A DNA stretch of 64,000 bases from Candidatus Angelobacter sp. (lineage in GTDB: Bacteria; Acidobacteriota; Terriglobia; Terriglobales; Acidobacteriaceae): positions 2,286 to 66,285 of the forward strand of contig DASYKK010000017.1 in assembly GCA_035995565.1 (NCBI GenBank). The letters are read 5' to 3'. Positions 61,194 to 64,000 of this stretch are shown here, piece by piece; within the stretch, counting starts at the first letter, position 1; every line of letters begins with the position of its first letter. A program made the translations under genes and the position numbers. The notes under the pieces were generated by a model that did no database searches, was not told the origin of the DNA, and saw nothing but the letters and a program-made list of their open reading frames with translations.

Positions 61194-62840
61194 ATGCCCC
61201 TCAGCTCAGTGCAATTTGATGACATTGTTGTTGGCGGTGGAACAACAGGTGCGGTGATTGCGTCACGTTTAAGTGAAGATCGGGAAAGGCGCGTGCTGCT
61301 GCTCGAGGCCGGACCTGATTACCCCGATACACTCCCAAACGAGTTGCTGGATGCTTCCTATGCCGTAATAAACGGGCACAATTGGAATATGCAGGCCGTT
61401 GTCCGGGAAGGCAGCCCAGCGATGACAGGTTCGCGGGCGCGGGTAACCAAAGTCTTTGATCACTTATCGAGCTTTTTAGAACCAGAAGCGAAATCGCAAC
61501 AATCCTGGTTGGGCCGCCAAGCCACCATGTTTCCGTATCCATTGGGTAGGGTCATGGGTGGAGGTTCGGCAATCAACGGGTGCATGGCTCTGCATGCCAG
61601 ACCGGAAGATTACGCGAGATGGGCAGTGGCTGGCGGCGACGCGTGGAGTTGGGAGCGCGTCCAGCCCTACATGAGCCGTATTACAACCGCGGATAGTAGC
61701 AAGTCGGCGGTGCCGATTGAGACGGCCGCACCCGAAGATATCACTCCATGCCAGAGAGCATTTCTGGAAGCCTGCCAAGCCCTGGGAAACCGCGAAGTCA
61801 ACCTAAGTCAAGGCACCATCGCGGGAGTGGGTACGATTCCAAAGAGTGTCCGCAAAGGCCAGAGAGTCTCAACCGCCACACTCTATCTCGCGGCGGCGCG
61901 AAACCGCTCGAATCTGACAATACGATCCAACTGTATGGTTGACAGACTCATTTTGGAACGCAGTGATGGCTCGCTAATGGCGACAGCTGTCGAAGCGCTC
62001 GTCGACGGCGTGCGATGCCGGTTTTCCGGCGGGCACATAACTATCTCCGCCGGAGCGATCAACTCACCTGCAATCCTGCTGCGTTCCGGAATTGGCGCGA
62101 CAGGCGAGATTGTGCGAGGCAATTTAACGCCAATGCTTGATCTTCCCGGTGTAGGCAAGAACCTGCAGGATCACCCTTCCGTGAGCATATGGGCCACACC
62201 CCGGCAGGGGTCTTGTCTTGCGGGCGAGCCAGTACATCAGTTGATGGCACAGCAAAGATCTACAGCCTCCGAAAAGCTTTGTGACGTCCAGGTCTACATG
62301 CTTAGCGCGATGCCAAGTCAGGATCTTCAGGGGCTTCAGCAGATGACTGGTTCAGATCTCGTGCTGGGTGTCTCCGCAGTGATTGCGACACCAAGCTCCA
62401 GGGGACATATAGAAGTGGCTAATGGCGATGCCACAACGAATCCGCGCATCTATCTCAATTGCCTAGAGGACCCCGAGGACTTGCGAAGGATGATGGAAGG
62501 CGTGCGGGCGGCGTGGCGAATGTTACGCGGAGGGCCTCTCGATATTCACATTGATCGAATTCTGTTGTGGACCCAGAACATTATTGATTCCGACGTGTTG
62601 CTTGAGAATCTGATTCGAGCCACGGTTCGGGTAGTCTGGCATCCAGTCGGAACTTTGCGTATGGGTAAGGAAGGTGACGCCATGGCAGTTGTGGATCCGT
62701 GCGGACGGCTCTACGGATGTCTAAACGTTACCGTGGCCGACGCGTCCATCCTGCCCACCGTTCCAAGCGTCCCACCGAATCTGACCTGTATGCTTATCGG
62801 CGAGCGTATCGCTGCCGGCATGCGCGGGCTGGAAGCCTAG
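61194..62840 (+). CDS. GMC-family FAD oxidoreductase (choline-dehydrogenase-like)
   Basis: FDDIVVGGGTTGAVIASRLSED (FAD GxGxxG), GRVMGGGSAINGCMALH, the C-terminal WHPVGTLRMG active-site His region, and DASILPTVPSVPPNLTCMLIGERIA. Confidence 0.9.
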   Translation: MPLSSVQFDDIVVGGGTTGAVIASRLSEDRERRVLLLEAGPDYPDTLPNELLDASYAVINGHNWNMQAVVREGSPAMTGSRARVTKVFDHLSSFLEPEAKSQQSWLGRQATMFPYPLGRVMGGGSAINGCMALHARPEDYARWAVAGGDAWSWERVQPYMSRITTADSSKSAVPIETAAPEDITPCQRAFLEACQALGNREVNLSQGTIAGVGTIPKSVRKGQRVSTATLYLAAARNRSNLTIRSNCMVDRLILERSDGSLMATAVEALVDGVRCRFSGGHITISAGAINSPAILLRSGIGATGEIVRGNLTPMLDLPGVGKNLQDHPSVSIWATPRQGSCLAGEPVHQLMAQQRSTASEKLCDVQVYMLSAMPSQDLQGLQQMTGSDLVLGVSAVIATPSSRGHIEVANGDATTNPRIYLNCLEDPEDLRRMMEGVRAAWRMLRGGPLDIHIDRILLWTQNIIDSDVLLENLIRATVRVVWHPVGTLRMGKEGDAMAVVDPCGRLYGCLNVTVADASILPTVPSVPPNLTCMLIGERIAAGMRGLEA

Positions 62841-62940
62841 GCGAGGAACGCGGTACCCTTCGCCCTAAATGCAGCTGGTTTTCCGAAATCGTGCGGAACT
62901 TTCAATGACACATAATAAGAAGGAGCGCTTGCGCAGCCTC

Positions 62941-64000
62941 ATGGCGTCTACTGCCGTTGTGACCCGAGTTCCGTTGGTCGCGCGGCGGCTGCGGACTTCG
63001 GAGCTAGAGCCTTTGTCATTTGCACAACAGGGTCTCTGGTTTGTGTCGCAACTGGAGGGACCAAACCCCGCCTACAACAATTCGATCATCATTCGAGTGT
63101 CCGGGGCTCTGGACGTGGAAGCACTTAATCGAGCTGTCTCCCATGTCGTCCAACGCCACGACTCGTTGCGGACGAGGTTCGTGGAACGCGGGGGTGTTCC
63201 AAGCCAATTCTGTGAAGACATCGCGGAAGTGCGAATGGATGTGCAATGGGTGACCTCAGCGGAGCTAGATGCTGTATTGCTTAGCGAAGCCCGGCGTCCC
63301 TTCGAAATGGGAAAAGACCGACTTTTCCGCGTGCGGCTGTACAAGGAATCGAGCGAGCGTTTTGCCTTCGTGGTCAGCATGCACCACAGCATCTCGGACG
63401 CTTGGTCCGTCGGTTTGTTTATACGTGAGATGGTGTCGCTTTATGACGCTTATAGCAATGGAAGTGATCTGTCACTCAATGCGCTTCCAGTAACGTACCT
63501 CGATTATGTGCATTGGCAACGCGACTGGCTCGACAGTGGGGTGCTTGAGCGCCAACTCGGGTATTGGCGAAGTCAGTTGAAGGATCTTTCTCCGCTGGCA
63601 CTGATACGCCCTGACTTGCCGCTCGTCCGGCCGCATAGCACCCGTGGCGGCGCCGTGGAGTTCGCAGTGCCGCTCCAGCTTTTGAAGCATCTGAAATCCC
63701 TGAGCAATGAGCACTGCTGCTCACTTTTTGTGACATTACTTGCAGGACTCGCCGTTGTTTTGAATCACTATTCATCGCGGCGCGATATCGCAATCGGAAC
63801 GGGGGTATCCAATCGGCGAAGCACAGAGCTTGAAGGTCTGATCGGCTACTTTGTCAACACTTTGGTACTCCGTCTTGAGTTGTCGCCGGATATGTCATTC
63901 ACATCCGTGCTAAGGGCTGCACGTGATGTGTTAACTCAAGCGTTGGAGAACCAGGATGCCCCTTACCATCGAGTCGTTCAAGAGTTGCGGCCGCAAAGAA
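62941..64000 (+). CDS. NRPS, N-terminal condensation domain; continues past the window edge (absent from the supplied ORF track)
   Basis: My own translation gives MASTAVVTRVPLVARRLRTSELEPLSFAQQGLWFVSQLEGPNPAYNNS...MHHSISDAWS...YLDYVHWQRDWL...GLIGYFVNTLVLRL..., with no stop to nt 64000. AAGGAG lies at 62919. An alternative in-frame start is ATG 62905. Confidence 0.85.
   Translation, partial: MASTAVVTRVPLVARRLRTSELEPLSFAQQGLWFVSQLEGPNPAYNNSIIIRVSGALDVEALNRAVSHVVQRHDSLRTRFVERGGVPSQFCEDIAEVRMDVQWVTSAELDAVLLSEARRPFEMGKDRLFRVRLYKESSERFAFVVSMHHSISDAWSVGLFIREMVSLYDAYSNGSDLSLNALPVTYLDYVHWQRDWLDSGVLERQLGYWRSQLKDLSPLALIRPDLPLVRPHSTRGGAVEFAVPLQLLKHLKSLSNEHCCSLFVTLLAGLAVVLNHYSSRRDIAIGTGVSNRRSTELEGLIGYFVNTLVLRLELSPDMSFTSVLRAARDVLTQALENQDAPYHRVVQELRPQR

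Noticed and set aside
1-64000. Looked for rRNA, tRNA, CRISPR arrays, integrases or att sites, and intact transposases
   Set aside because: I recognised none by eye. The intergenic regions are short apart from 14566-14971, 17027-17535 and 32264-32722, and these were examined individually. A tRNAscan/Infernal run would be needed to exclude small RNAs.

Overview
High-GC bacterial chromosomal window, probably Acidobacteriota. That placement is an inference from an ADOP-type duplicated FtsX permease and a GxxExxY gene flanked by 9-mer arrays. All calls come from reading the supplied translations and DNA by eye; no searches or statistics were run. Layout: (i) 1-5.3 kb holds fadN/fadA/fadE-type beta-oxidation genes interrupted by small inserted genes. 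(ii) 5.3-14.6 kb holds an MFS transporter, two tandem secreted paralogues with their own intrinsic terminators, and a TolC-HlyD-DHA2 efflux operon. (iii) 15-17 kb holds a visibly AT-richer orphan family-A DNA polymerase with an N-terminal double zinc ribbon. (iv) 17.5 kb to beyond 64 kb is one co-directional hybrid NRPS/PKS gene cluster headed by a NusG paralogue. The cluster encodes, in order: a type II thioesterase, an ADOP permease, a Cys-less peroxiredoxin-like lipoprotein, and a C-[decayed A]-T-C NRPS. Next come a stand-alone carrier protein, an A domain fused to a catalytically dead nucleotidyltransferase-like domain, thiolase-fold, ACAD-like and TauD-like enzymes, a transposase relic, an intact NTase paralogue and an ABC exporter. 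These are followed by a 4139-aa PKS with an MT-pseudoGNAT-MT-ACP loading module and two AT-less KS modules, a Cy-A-T-TE NRPS, and a Cy-A(MT)-T-KS-AT-T hybrid. The cluster ends with a small membrane protein, a HupE/UreJ metal permease, a GMC oxidoreductase and a further NRPS that runs off the window. No rRNA, tRNA or CRISPR array was seen. Most long minus-strand ORFs in the track are shadow ORFs of plus-strand genes.
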